NCBI GenBank assembly: GCA_030390025.1
Contig: CM059432.1
Location: 6,386,001 to 6,450,000 of the forward strand
Reading direction: 5' to 3'
DNA length: 64,000 nucleotides
Source: Squalus acanthias
Taxonomy: Eukaryota
Below, in pieces: positions 51,116 through 62,709 of the stretch; positions within the stretch are counted from its first letter, which is position 1; each line of letters starts with the position of its first letter. The position numbers and the translations under genes were made by a program. A model generated the notes under the pieces. It was not told the origin of the DNA, did no database searches, and saw only the letters and a program-made list of their open reading frames with translations.

Positions 51116-52019
51116 TGTCTTGAAATAAGAATGGGGAGACGGGCAATGCTTTACGACATTAAATCTCTTATGAAGTTACTTCAGAAGCTCCTGTTTTAAA
51201 CTCCTTACAGGTGTTTTAAAATCCTTACGTGGAGGCAATATCATTTTAAGCGTTTGTCTTTTCCACACTTGTTTGGCTGTGGTGACTGGGGCTTTCCAGG
51301 ATAACTGTATTTGGAAATGAGGTGAAAGGCTACACTATTACGGGCTTTTAGGCAGAATCAAGATACTTTTTCCATGCTGAAGAAGATTTGTTGCTCCTGG
51401 ACTGAAGTGTTATACCCAGACTCAGCCCAAGGTGGCCAAAAGAATATACTGTTATAATTTGACATGGACATGCAGTTGTATGTGCCAGTGAAGTAACAAA
51501 ACCAATGGAGACTATCAGAGTTTATGCCAACACTTGAAGTGCACCGTCACAAATCAGAAATGATGTATAATTGCTTACCATGTGGTGTATCATGGAGAGG
51601 AAGAAAAGTATGTGTGTCTTAAGATTCTTAACACCTATGATAATTAAAGCATTGCTGTAAAGAGGACAAGTTAAGAATGCAAGATGCTCACTTTAACATG
51701 ATATGAGAAGAGCAGGCTTAGGTAACTGATTTAAAGGTGTAGATATAAACAGCTGTTAGGATGAACATTGAAATCTGGCTTAAGGCTTAAGCAGTAGCAA
51801 TGTTTGTCCAGCTGCTCCGGTCATAATCTTGTAGACAATTGATGGCATGACAACATCCCTTCAATGCTGTGGAATATATCATCTGTTGTAATTCAAATGC
51901 TGTCCAGATACTACTTCTCATACTCAATGTGAAGAATTACTTCCATAAGCAAACCTATGAAACTAAAATATGACCTTGTCTCTCTGAAGTAATCTGATGA
52001 GTAATGTACCCTGGGTGAA

Positions 52020-52378
52020 AGAAAGAGAGACTTGCATTTATATAGCGCATTTCACGACCACCGGATATCCCAAAGCGCTTTACAGAAATTAGGTACCTTT
52101 TGAAGTGTAGTCATTGTAATGTAGGAAACGTGGCAGCCAAGTTTTGCACAGCAAGCTCCCACAAACAGCAATGTGATAATGACCAGATAATCTGTTTTTT
52201 TTTAGTGATGTTGATTGAGTGATAAATATTGGCCAGGACACCGGGAAGAACTCTTCTTCGAATAGTGGCCACGGGATCTTTTACATCCACCTGAGAGAGC
52301 AGACGGGGCCTCGGTTTAACGTCTCATCTGAAAGACGGCACCTCTGACAGTGCAGCACTCCCTCAACACTTCACTGGA
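52020..52378 (-). mobile_element. Deu-domain SINE, cut by an adjacent CR1 tail
   Basis: Reverse-complement Deu core and tail. Confidence 0.88.
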
Positions 52379-52660
52379 ATAGGAACATAAGAAATAGGAG
52401 CAGGAGTAGGCCATACGGCCCTTCGAGCCTGCTCCGCCATTCAATAAGATCATGGCTGAAGTTTTACATTAACTCCAGTTTCTTGCCCTATCCCCATATC
52501 CCTTGATTTTCTTAGTGCCCAAAAATCTATCAATCTTAGTCTTGAATATATTCAACGATTGAACATTCACAGCCCTCTGGGGTAGAGAATTCCAAAGATT
52601 CACAATCCTCTGAGAAGAAATTTCTCCTCATCTCAGTCCTAATTGGCCAACCTCTAATCC
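52379..52660 (-). mobile_element. CR1 3' end
   Basis: gaacataagaaataggagcaggagtaggcc...cttcgagcctgctccgccattc. Confidence 0.85.
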
Positions 52661-53129
52661 TGTTTGTCATCACGATTGTAAACTGGAAACAGTAAGTGCA
52701 AATATCTGACTCATGGACAATAATGCTTTGACCAACTGGACGTCTCAGGTTACAACTCCCAATCAGCTTTTTTAAGAAATAAAATTAGTTGAAGCAATAG
52801 TCAAATAACAGGAGATAGATAAATAACTGACTGATTTAGAAAATCTGTTGCAAAACAGTACAAGTCCAAAACCTTTGCCAGTTTGCTGCAATGCTTAAAA
52901 CCCATTTCAGAATAATAAACTTCTCTCAGCTTCCTAATAATTCTTCGAACTTGGGGGGAAAAAAAAATCTGTGAAGTAAAACTTATAAATGAAATGGCAT
53001 GTTAAGAGTGTTTCCAATCGCCCAAGCCTGTTTAACTGCCTGGTGAAATGGCAATTCACTCACCTTGAATTGCTTTGAAGCCTAAGCTAGGACAAAGGAG
53101 AATTGAAGGGATACCTTCACAATGGACAC

Positions 53130-53560
53130 AAGAACATAAGAATTAGGAGCAGGAGTCGGCCATACAGCCCTTCAAGCCTGCTCTGTCATTCAATAAGATC
53201 ATGGCTGATCTTCGACCTCAACTGTACTTTCCTGCCTGATCCCCATATCCCTTGATTCCCCTAGAGTCCAAAAATCTATCTATCTTCCTCAGCCTTGAAT
53301 ATACTCTGACTCTGCATCCACAGCCCTTTGGGGTAGAGAATTCCAAAGATTCACAGCCCTCTGAGTGAAGAAATTTCTCGTCAGTCTTAAATGGCCGAAC
53401 CCTTATCCTGAGACAATGCCCCCTAGTTCTAACCTCACCAGCCAGGGGAAACAACCTCCCAGCATTTACTCTGCCCACCCCCCTCAGAATCTTGTATGTT
53501 TCAATGGGATCCCCTCTCATTCTTCTAAACTCCAGAGAGTACAGGCCCAATCTACTCAAT
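53130..53560 (-). mobile_element. CR1 3' end
   Basis: RLGLYSLEFRRMRGDPIETYKIL. Confidence 0.88.
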
Positions 53561-54149
53561 AGCTGTCAATTGAATGGCATTCAGCTGCAAAGAGATTACC
53601 CAACAGGTTTTCTTTATTTAATATTTACACCTATAGGTCAGCATCTCTAGTCAATGAGTTGATCAGCAATCGCAAATGTTTAGCTTTACCTTCTTCTCTC
53701 AACCTTCTTTATCAATGTTAACTGTCTCTAACAACCAGGGTGAACTTTGCATTTAATACTTGTTAAGCAGTCCATCTTGACAGAAGTAACTCATCCCCCC
53801 TGGTGGCAGTCTGCATACCAGTCAGCACCTTGGATTCCTTCCAACACGGAAAAATCATGATGGATAAAGCTGTCAATTGAAACAGAGTTGAAAGACACCA
53901 AAATTACTTGACAGGTTTTTGTGATTGATGTTTACACCTGTAGTGTGAGTGTGAGTGTCATCACAGGACAAAGGACAGCGACATCATATGTGTCAGCTTA
54001 TTGTACGTTGTTTGTGTTGCACATTTGCCGCAGTAGAATTATATTTTTATTTTAAAGAGGATATATGATAGGACCATTCTAAAAATCAGAGACTGAAGGA
54101 GATTATGATTATTATTAAACGTTTTCCCCCTCCAGTTTGGTTCACCCTT

Positions 54150-55160
54150 TCTTATCTCTCTAATTCCTCCAGGCCTACAACACACCGCCCCCCCCCCCCC
54201 AAACTCTCTGTTCTTCTGTGCATCACCGCTCCGTTCACCTCACCATTTTGGGGTGCCTGGGCCCCATGCTTTGGAATTTCCTTTTGAAACTCCTCTGTCC
54301 GTCCACCTCCCTCCTCCTTTAAGAGTCTTTTTAAAAAACCGCGTGTTTGACCAAGCTAAAATGAAAGCGCATGGAATTGCAGACACACTTGCAACATGGA
54401 TTGGAAATTGGTTAGGAGTCAGAGTAAGGATAAAGGGAATGTTCTCTGATTGGTGGAATGTGACAAGTGGTGTTCTCCAGGGATCTGTACTGGAGCCTCA
54501 GCTTTTCACCATATTTATAAATGATTTGGATGAAGGAACCCTCATCCATGCCTTTATCACCTCTAGACTTGACTATTCCAACGGACTCCTGGCTGGCCTC
54601 CCTTGTTCTACCCTCCACAAACTTGAGGTCATCCAAAACTCTGCCACCTGTGTGCTAACTCGCACCAAGTCTTAGTAATAGAACGGATATGAAGTAGGGG
54701 AGCTCAATTCGTCCTGCTCACCCATCTCCCCTGTGCTTGCTGACCTACATTGGCTCCCAGTTAAGCAATGCCTGAATTTTAAAATTCTCATCCTTGTTTT
54801 CAAATGACTCCATGGCCTCCACCCTCCCTATCTCTGTAATCTCCTCCAGCCCACGATCCTCGGAGATATCTGCTCTCCTCTAATTCTGGCTTCTTCAGCA
54901 TCCCTGATTTTAGTCGCTCAACCATTGGTGGCCGTGCCTTCAGCTGCCAAGGCCCTACGCTCTGGAATTCCCTCCCTAAACCTCTCCGCCTCTCTTTCCT
55001 CCTGTAAGACACTCCTTAAAACCCACCGTTTCGTCATCTGCCCTAATTTCTCATGTGGCTCGGTGTCAAATTTTGTTTTGTAACGCTCCTGTCAAGTGCC
55101 TTGGGACGTTTTACTCCGTTAAAGGTGCTATACACATGTAAGTTGTTGTTGTTGTTGTTA
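54150..55160 (+). mobile_element. Mosaic of L2 fragments with a CR1 RT fragment (~54357-54537)
   Basis: CR1 [26 protein letters not shown] fused to L2 [23 protein letters not shown]2 tail near 55140. Confidence 0.8.
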
Positions 55161-56325
55161 AATCTGCTTCCATTACCCTTTCGGGCAGTGCATTCCAGCA
55201 CTTGTATCTATCTCTCCTGCTCCAACTTTGGTGACAGCCTTTAATTGGTTTGGCCTCACACGGTGAAATTCTCTCAAGTTTTCCACCTGCCAACTCTCCT
55301 CTTTTAAAAGCCTGCTCAAAATCTACCTCTTTAAATTAGGATTGCCTTAATACTTCTATGACTGCTCAGCGTCCATTTTTCACCTCTGTGAGACACGGTG
55401 GTATGTTTTCCCTAAAGGTGCTGTATAAATGTGAGAGGTAGAAGTTTGTCGAGTTTGTATAGCCGTCTTAAAAAAAAAATGTGTGCTGTTAGACATAAAA
55501 CAGTAACACAGTTGCAGTAATGCAGTGGATTGAACAGCTAATAGAATGGAGCATTTAAAATCCTCATTTGGAAAATTCAAGGGTGCGTGGGAGTAACTTG
55601 AATGCTGACGATAGCTATAGCCAAAATAAATAGAATTTGGGAACAAGGGCAGCCCTGTCGAGGACATTCACTAAAAGCATAAAGGGAGAGGAAAGATGGC
55701 TCATTTGTAAGCTGAGATGATTCTATTAAGCAGAAAACCAAGAGATAAAATTAAACTTGAACGCAGACTGAGTTAAATAAGGCAACTTAATTGACTCTTT
55801 ATCAAACCCATATAGCCATTTAACTTCAACCAGCAGCATGGGTGAAAAGTTTAGAATCAAACTTTTCTGTGTCCGTCCCATCTATTTTTAGAGTAAATTT
55901 GTTAAGTAGCCAGAGAGATATACAACATTCACACAACATAATCACGACTGACTTCTGTTTGCCAACTGAAATTGAGCTAAAATTTGCACACTCTGGGTCA
56001 GTAGAAAAGATGTAGGTGATGTTTCCCAAAATTTGCAGAGGTGACTGACTTAACCAAGTAACCAGTCACGCTGAGTAAAACCATTTAGGATGAATAAGCA
56101 GCTATCCACTGGTGCCTCTGTCTGAGTAGAATTAAATTACTTCTGACAGCTCCTATCTTTTCTAGGCTTTTGACCCTGACTTGAACAGCCACAGCTGCTA
56201 ATATATATTTAACTACTAAAACACATCTCTTCAAAAGGAGCTGACTTGCTTTAGGGCTTGATGAATGTTAACAAAATTGTAGAGCAACGTTTTATAATGT
56301 AGGGTTCACGTTGACCCTTAAATCC

Positions 56326-56650
56326 ATCTTTCGGATGAGCCGTTAAACCGAGGCCCCGTCTGCCCTCAGGTGGACGTAAAAAATCCCATGGCGCTATTTC
56401 GAAGAAGAGCAGGGGAGTTATCTTGGGTGTCCTGGCCAATATTTATCCCTCAATCAACATCACTAAAACAGATTATCTGGTCCTTATCACATTGCTGCTT
56501 GTGGGAGCTTGCTGTGCGCAAATTGGCTGCCGCGTTTCCTACATTACAACAGTGACTGCACTTCATAAAAGTACTTCATTGGCTGCACAGTGCTTTGGGA
56601 CATCCGATGGTCGTGAAAGGCGCAATATGAATGCAAATCTTTCTTTCTTT
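56326..56650 (+). mobile_element. Deu-domain SINE, 5' truncated
   Basis: Deu core and tail. Confidence 0.88.
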
Positions 56651-57269
56651 GAAACAGCGCCACATTACGTAGACTTTTCCTCTAAATCAGTTTGTGTTAC
56701 TGACCAGTGATACGCACACATTAAATCCAAAAACAATATAAAAATAAAAAATATGTGTAATGTCCTGGAAAAATTCTATGCATTCTGCCCAATGAAGAAA
56801 CTTTCCTCGTGTTAATATGTTTTAAATTTCCTTTTTGTTGACTTTAGAGATGGATGCAGTTATAAACTCAACTACAACCAAATAGTTACTACCCACTAGC
56901 CCTTATTATTTTTTAGGAAGGCAGAGTAATCAGACCATGAAGTTTGCCATGATGGTAGCCAATTCTCTTTCACAAATGATTAAAAAGATGAAATTGAGTC
57001 CCACTTTTGAGGATTGTTATCCAGCCATCACAAGGTGCTCATCGACATGTGTTAACGTTTTGGGTGTAGATCCTTTGTCAGAAGTCATTTATTTTAAAAA
57101 GAGAGTATTATAATTAGAAATGGTGAGGAAAATGAGTTGCTGGAAGTTTTTAATATATTTTTGATAGGCCTAAATTATCATTGTTTCCTTGGACTGCGAA
57201 GTAAAAGTATTGTTAATATACACACATTGAAGGTTTGGAATGGAGCCTTTTTTGTACACTTTAAAAAAA

Positions 57270-57557
57270 AAAAGGTCAGCATTTATTGCCCATCCCGACT
57301 TGCCCTGAGAAGATGGCAGTGGACCTACTTGAACCGCAGCAGTCCATGTGAAGAAGGTGATTCTTGTTATTCTTTGTAGAGGTTTGATGAAACTGAGTTG
57401 CTTGACAGCGTCGTCGTCACTTTTATTAATACCAGCTTTTTTTCTCCAGATTTTTAAAACTTAATTCAAATCCTCAAACTGCCATGGTGGGATTTGAACT
57501 TTGGATTATTAGTGCAGTTACTGATCCAGTAACATAACCTCTACACTACCGCTCCCG
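57270..57557 (-). mobile_element. Degraded family-2 SINE
   Basis: cagcatttattgcccatcc...ccagtaacataacc. Confidence 0.7.
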
Positions 57558-58000
57558 TTATAACATTACACTTGTACATTGGAAGGATTTTTTTTTCTCT
57601 GTGAAGCATGGGAAATCAAATTGAAAAATGTGATGGGAAAACTTTGAGCTTTTAAACTGACAAATGAAGTGTCGTACATTGAGCCACCTGTATACCTTGT
57701 CATAGAATAGTGGAGGTCAGATTGGGTTTTTCCCTTCCTGCCCCCACAATCTGAACACTTTTTTTCTGTACTGCTTTGGAGAGAGGGACGAGATATTTGG
57801 TCCTACACTACCTCCTCATTCTCGTAGCAGCTGTATTAGCATAACACTGGATGAAGTCTGGGATGATGTGTCATCTGCTTTCTTGGTTGCTGTCGTGTGT
57901 GGCTTGGGGAGAAACAGAGGCGTGTTATACTCTCAAAAATGTCTTTTATTCTCCTCATCGTTGTGGAAAGGAAATGCTCCCAATTATGATATATTTTATG

Positions 58001-58166
58001 ATAGCAAAATACTGCGGATGCTGGCAATCCGAAATAACAACAGAAAACGCTGGAAAAACTCAGCAGGCCAGGCAGCATCCATGGAGAGAGAAACAGAGTT
58101 AACGTTTCAGCTCGAAGACCTTTCGTCAGAACTCTGACGAAAGGTCTTCGACCTGAAACGTTAACC
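58001..58166 (-). mobile_element. Short Penelope-like insertion with an inverted end and a 15-bp TSD
   Basis: TSD atgatatattttatg at 57986-58000 and 58167-58181; 68-bp palindrome at 58098-58165. Confidence 0.75.
58097..58165. ncRNA. Candidate minimal type-I hammerhead ribozyme cores, one per strand
   Basis: CUGACGA-(A)-AGGUC/UUC/GACCU-GAAAC-GUU on +; AGUU-CUGACGA...GAAACGUU-AACU (4-bp stem I) on -. Confidence 0.5.
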
Positions 58167-59595
58167 ATGATATATTTTATGTTCTGTAACTTCGTTGTTT
58201 TACTGTTTTCTAAATATTGCACATGCTACCAATGTTCCAGTCCAACCGTAGCGCTCATTTTGTGGTTTATATCTCTTATCCTTACAGACAATAGGTCTGC
58301 AGAGCTGATTCTTCACAAGTTCCACGAAATTAAAATTGTCAATTTGTAATTTAACGCGATTTATAATTTAGTTTGCTGAAAGGCGTTATATTGTGGCTCG
58401 AGTGTCACATCTTACACTAGTTATAAAAGGAATGGCTTAGCTGACGCCTCACTGTCCTTTAACCTAGCAGAGCTAATGATGGCCGTTTCATTTAGCCAAG
58501 GAATACTATTTGTTGGTAACTTTAAAGCAGATTTAACCTGAAATTCTTTTTTGTTTCAGTCCTCGGGTCATAGAGAGGTTTGATATGAATATTTAATTTA
58601 ACACTGAAATGTTCAAGCTGTGCATCTCCACAGGCTCGTTATTTACAAAAATGGCATCACTTTTGCTTCAGATAATTCTTGTCAAGAATGAGGCAAACGA
58701 GAACCATCATTAGAACATCTGAAAATGCAACGAGGGCAAGATTATATTTTCTTTTGGTGGAATGTTTAGGAGGTTCTCGAAAGAGCTTTCTTTGCGAAAT
58801 GTTTCTTCATTCTAATATATTTATTTTAATGCTCATTAGCGGAAGTGATCTCAGTTCCCATTTATTAGAAGTGTGATTGGAAGCATATATTTTTGAAATA
58901 GAAACCTGTGTTTTATTAAGACTGATCTGTAAAAAGAAGCTAAGAATGAGCAGAGTTGTGTTTAACAGCTGGTCTTAATGCTGGAAAACGTTCCAGGCAG
59001 CAATTATTTAATAGATTGGGGGGGGGGTGGGGAAGCGGGGGAAAGGGGATGTGTTCCATCTGCCAGACAAAATAGTCTATTTGTAAGAAGAGATGAAGGG
59101 TAATGGAAAACTATTAACTGAGATAGCAATTTAAGTTAGTTTGATGCAATCTCTTCTGTTTAGTTGACCAAACTTGGTAACTTGTAATAATCATACCAAA
59201 AATGCTGATGGCAATTTGTTTGGGTGAGCTAAGTGTGTCACATACTTTAGATGGTTGATTCAATTACGAGCTCTGAAGATTGCAAGATATTTGGCTCATC
59301 TTAGTTCATTTGTGCAGAAAAATCCTGAAATTTTCCCATTTGAACAATCCAATTGCTTCAAAAAAGATTCCAGGGTTTTTTCCCTTCACTACTCTTCCTG
59401 GAAGTATATTCTGTACATTGATCACTCCTTGTGTATTGAATTTTCTAACACCAGTCTAATATTTACCTTTGTACTAGTTTGTATCTATGATCTTTACCCT
59501 TCTCTTGCTATTTAACTTAAAGTAATTTCCTAGGTTTACCTTTTATCATTTTCTTAACCATCGTACAAACATAAATAAAATAATTTCTTTCGAGG

Positions 59596-60110
59596 CTGAA
59601 AAGCCCTGGTTTCTCCTGTCTTTCCTCATAATTTTGACACTAGGGATCATTCTTGTGGCTCTTTTCTGCACTGCCTTCAGTGCTCGAATGCCTCCTTTGT
59701 GTCCCGGTGACCAGAACTGGATGCAGTACTCGAGGTGCGGTCTGACCAGGGCACTTACACTTTACTTCCGACTTCTGACTTGTATTCGACTGGTTAACCC
59801 AGTGGCTTTGCTGATTGCTCTTCATGGGCTAGAAATAATTGAGCATTGAGTCTACTAAGAATCCTCCGTCACTTTTGGCTTCATCCGTAGCTTTTTCAAC
59901 ATCATTGATGGAGTACATTTGTTTCTCCCCGCCCCCCCCCCCCCCCCCCCGCCCCAATCCCCCCATATATGCAGTACTTCACATTTCTCTGCATTCAACT
60001 TCATCTGCCATTTTTCTATCCACTTACATATTCTATTCAGCTAATTCTGTCATTTCTGAGCTGCCTCCTCTGATTCCATTGCCCCTTCCAGTTTGGTATC
60101 ATCTGCAAGC
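59596..60110 (-). mobile_element. Old CR1 fragment
   Basis: ccagaactggatgcagtactcgaggtgcggtctgaccagggc = [14 protein letters not shown] on the minus strand. Confidence 0.75.
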
Positions 60111-61414
60111 TACTGTACTTTATAAAAAAAAAAACTGTTCTCCGGAGATTTTTTTTTCAGCTGTTGCAATATTAGCAACTATACCACATTCCCAGTATAC
60201 CAATTGTTATTTCCAAATATTTCTAGTCAGTAAAGGTGATAAAAGCAACTAGGAGTTAATCAATTGAATGTTATTGCAGTGGCATTCATACATGACTTTA
60301 TCTCATCTTAACCTTAAATGAATTTGCGGCCTTCATAGCATGGCCTTGTCAAGGGAATTAATGTGTTTTTGGTTTGTACAATTTCAGGTTTGCTCCATTG
60401 TGTAATCCTAAATTGGCCCAATAAAGTACTGATCCTAAATTCTACTTCCAAGTTACTGGGAAAGCTTTGGAACTTAACAGTTGCCATTTCTGTGAAAACA
60501 ATATGTAATTTGCAAAATATTTTGCAGTACTTCAATTGTCTCAGTTTTAAGGTGGTCATATGGAATGTCAGAGGGATCAATCATCGCATTAAGTGGTGAA
60601 AAGTTAGCTTTTATAAAGATGGAAAGGGTCCAAATTGCTTTCTTGGATTTAAGTAATTTTATGCTACTGTAACTCAGGTTTGTTTTGGAAACCCAAAGGT
60701 TTCCGCTGACTACACTCTTTCCACAACTTTAGCGCATATTAATGACTTTGGACATGACAATCTGGACACTTCATTATTCATCACATCCAGCCTCTAATTT
60801 TTCTTTCATTAATCTTCCCAGTGAACGGTAGCAGATGTTTGGTGTAACTCCTTTTGGGTTCGAAATTAATCAAATTAGGGGAAAACTGGACTGAACAGAA
60901 TTTCTTTTTCTTTTTCCCATCATCTGCATCTGAGAAGAGTGGTGGTTGATTTTATTCTGCATCAAATTACCTTCCTAAAATTCTGGCTGACTGAGAGGGA
61001 TGTTTTGTTCTGTTTCAATATTATATAAAGGATACTTCGATTGACTTGTTAAATGTGTGTGGTCCAGATAAGGTTAACCCTAAACTAACTTGACCATTTG
61101 TTATTTCTGAGACATCAAAATGAAGTAGTAGGGAGGAAATGTCATTGTGTGTTAGATCCTAAATGGGACACATGCTGAGCCTTCAATGTTGGGATTCACT
61201 AGGGGAGAAGCAATTGAATAATATGGAAGAGTTTTGTTGTGAAGCAACTGGAACTAGCCACCTTTGATCGAATTTGATATCATTAAGGCTTTCTTAAGAG
61301 GAAATGGTGAATTTTAAGTCAACTTCTTTATGCTTTTGATCAAATTGATTTTAGAATGAACATGTTTTTCGGTTTTAACAGTCATATGAAAGATGCGCAC
61401 TAGCTGTAGAATAT

Positions 61415-61670
61415 GATACCAGTATTCAAAAAGGGTGACTAAACAGGCACAGGCAAATAGAGACCCAACAGCCTCGCCTCCATTCTGTGGAAAATAATGG
61501 AACAGGTTATCAGGAGTGAACTTGAGAATGATCTGTGTAATAATAACCCAGTAAACAGCAGTCAGTACAGATTCTGTAGGAGAAGATCCTGCCTGACCAA
61601 CCCCCTCAACTTCTTTGAAGGAAGTGATTCAGAAATTCAATGCAAGGTGAAATTTGTAGATGATATCAAA
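61415..61670 (+). mobile_element. Old CR1 RT fragment
   Basis: PVFKKG, SQYRF..RRSCLTNPLNFFE and KFVDDIK motifs. Confidence 0.65.
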
Positions 61671-61707
61671 GTGTCCGCCTTGGCTGAGTGGTAACGTGCT
61701 CCCCTCT

Positions 61708-62675
61708 ATCATAGTCATAGTCATAGAGTTATACAGCACAGAAAGAGGCCCTTTGGCCCATCGTGTCCGCGCCGGCCATCAAGCCCTATCTATTCTAATC
61801 CCATTTTCCAGCACTTGGTCCGTAGCCTTGTATGCAATGGCGTTTCAAGTGTTCATCTAAATGCTTCTTGAATGTTGTGAGGGTTCCTGCCTCTACCACC
61901 CTTTCAGGCAGTGAGTTGCAGATTCCAACCACCCTCTGGGTGAAAAAGTTTTTCCTCAGATCCCCTCTAAACCTCCTGCCCCTTACCTTGAAACTATGCC
62001 CCCTGGTTATTGACCCCTCTACTAAGGGGAAAAGTTCCTTTCTATCTACCCTATCTCTGCCCCTCATAATTTTGTACATCTCAATCAGGTTCCCCCTCAG
62101 CCTTCTCTGCTCCAAGGAAAACAACCCCAGCCTGTCCAGTCTCTCTTCATAGCTGAAGCGCTCCAGCCCAGGTAACATGCTGGTGAATCTCCTCTGCACC
62201 CTCTCCAATGCAATCACATCCCTCCTATAGTGTGGCGACCAGAACTGCACACAGTATTCCAGCTGTGGCCTAACTCGCGTTTTGTACAGCTCCATCATAA
62301 CCTCCCTGCTCTTGCCTTCATTAGCCGAGGCATAGAATATAAGTATCCCATATGCCTTTTTAACCACCTTATCTACCTGTCCTGCTGCCTTCAGGGATCT
62401 ATGTACATGCACACCAAGGTCCCTCTGATCCTCGGTCCTTCCTAGGGTCCTACCATTCATTGTGTATTCCCTTGCCTTGTTAGTCCTCCCAAAATGCATC
62501 ACCTCACACTTTTCAGGGTTAAATTCCATTTGCCACTGTTCTGCCCATCTAACCATCCCGTCTATATCATCCTGTAGCCTGAGGCTTCCCTCCTCGCTAT
62601 TTACTACTCCACCAATTTTCGTGTCATCTGCGAACTTACTGATCATACCTCCTACATTCATATCTAAATCATTAA
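61708..62675 (-). mobile_element. CR1 3' ~1 kb inserted in a SINE head
   Basis: 288-aa ORF from ISKFADDTKIGG to the C-terminus; (atagtc)n tail. Confidence 0.93.
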
Positions 62676-62709
62676 TATCAGGAGGTCATCGGTTCAAGCC
62701 TCTCTCCAG

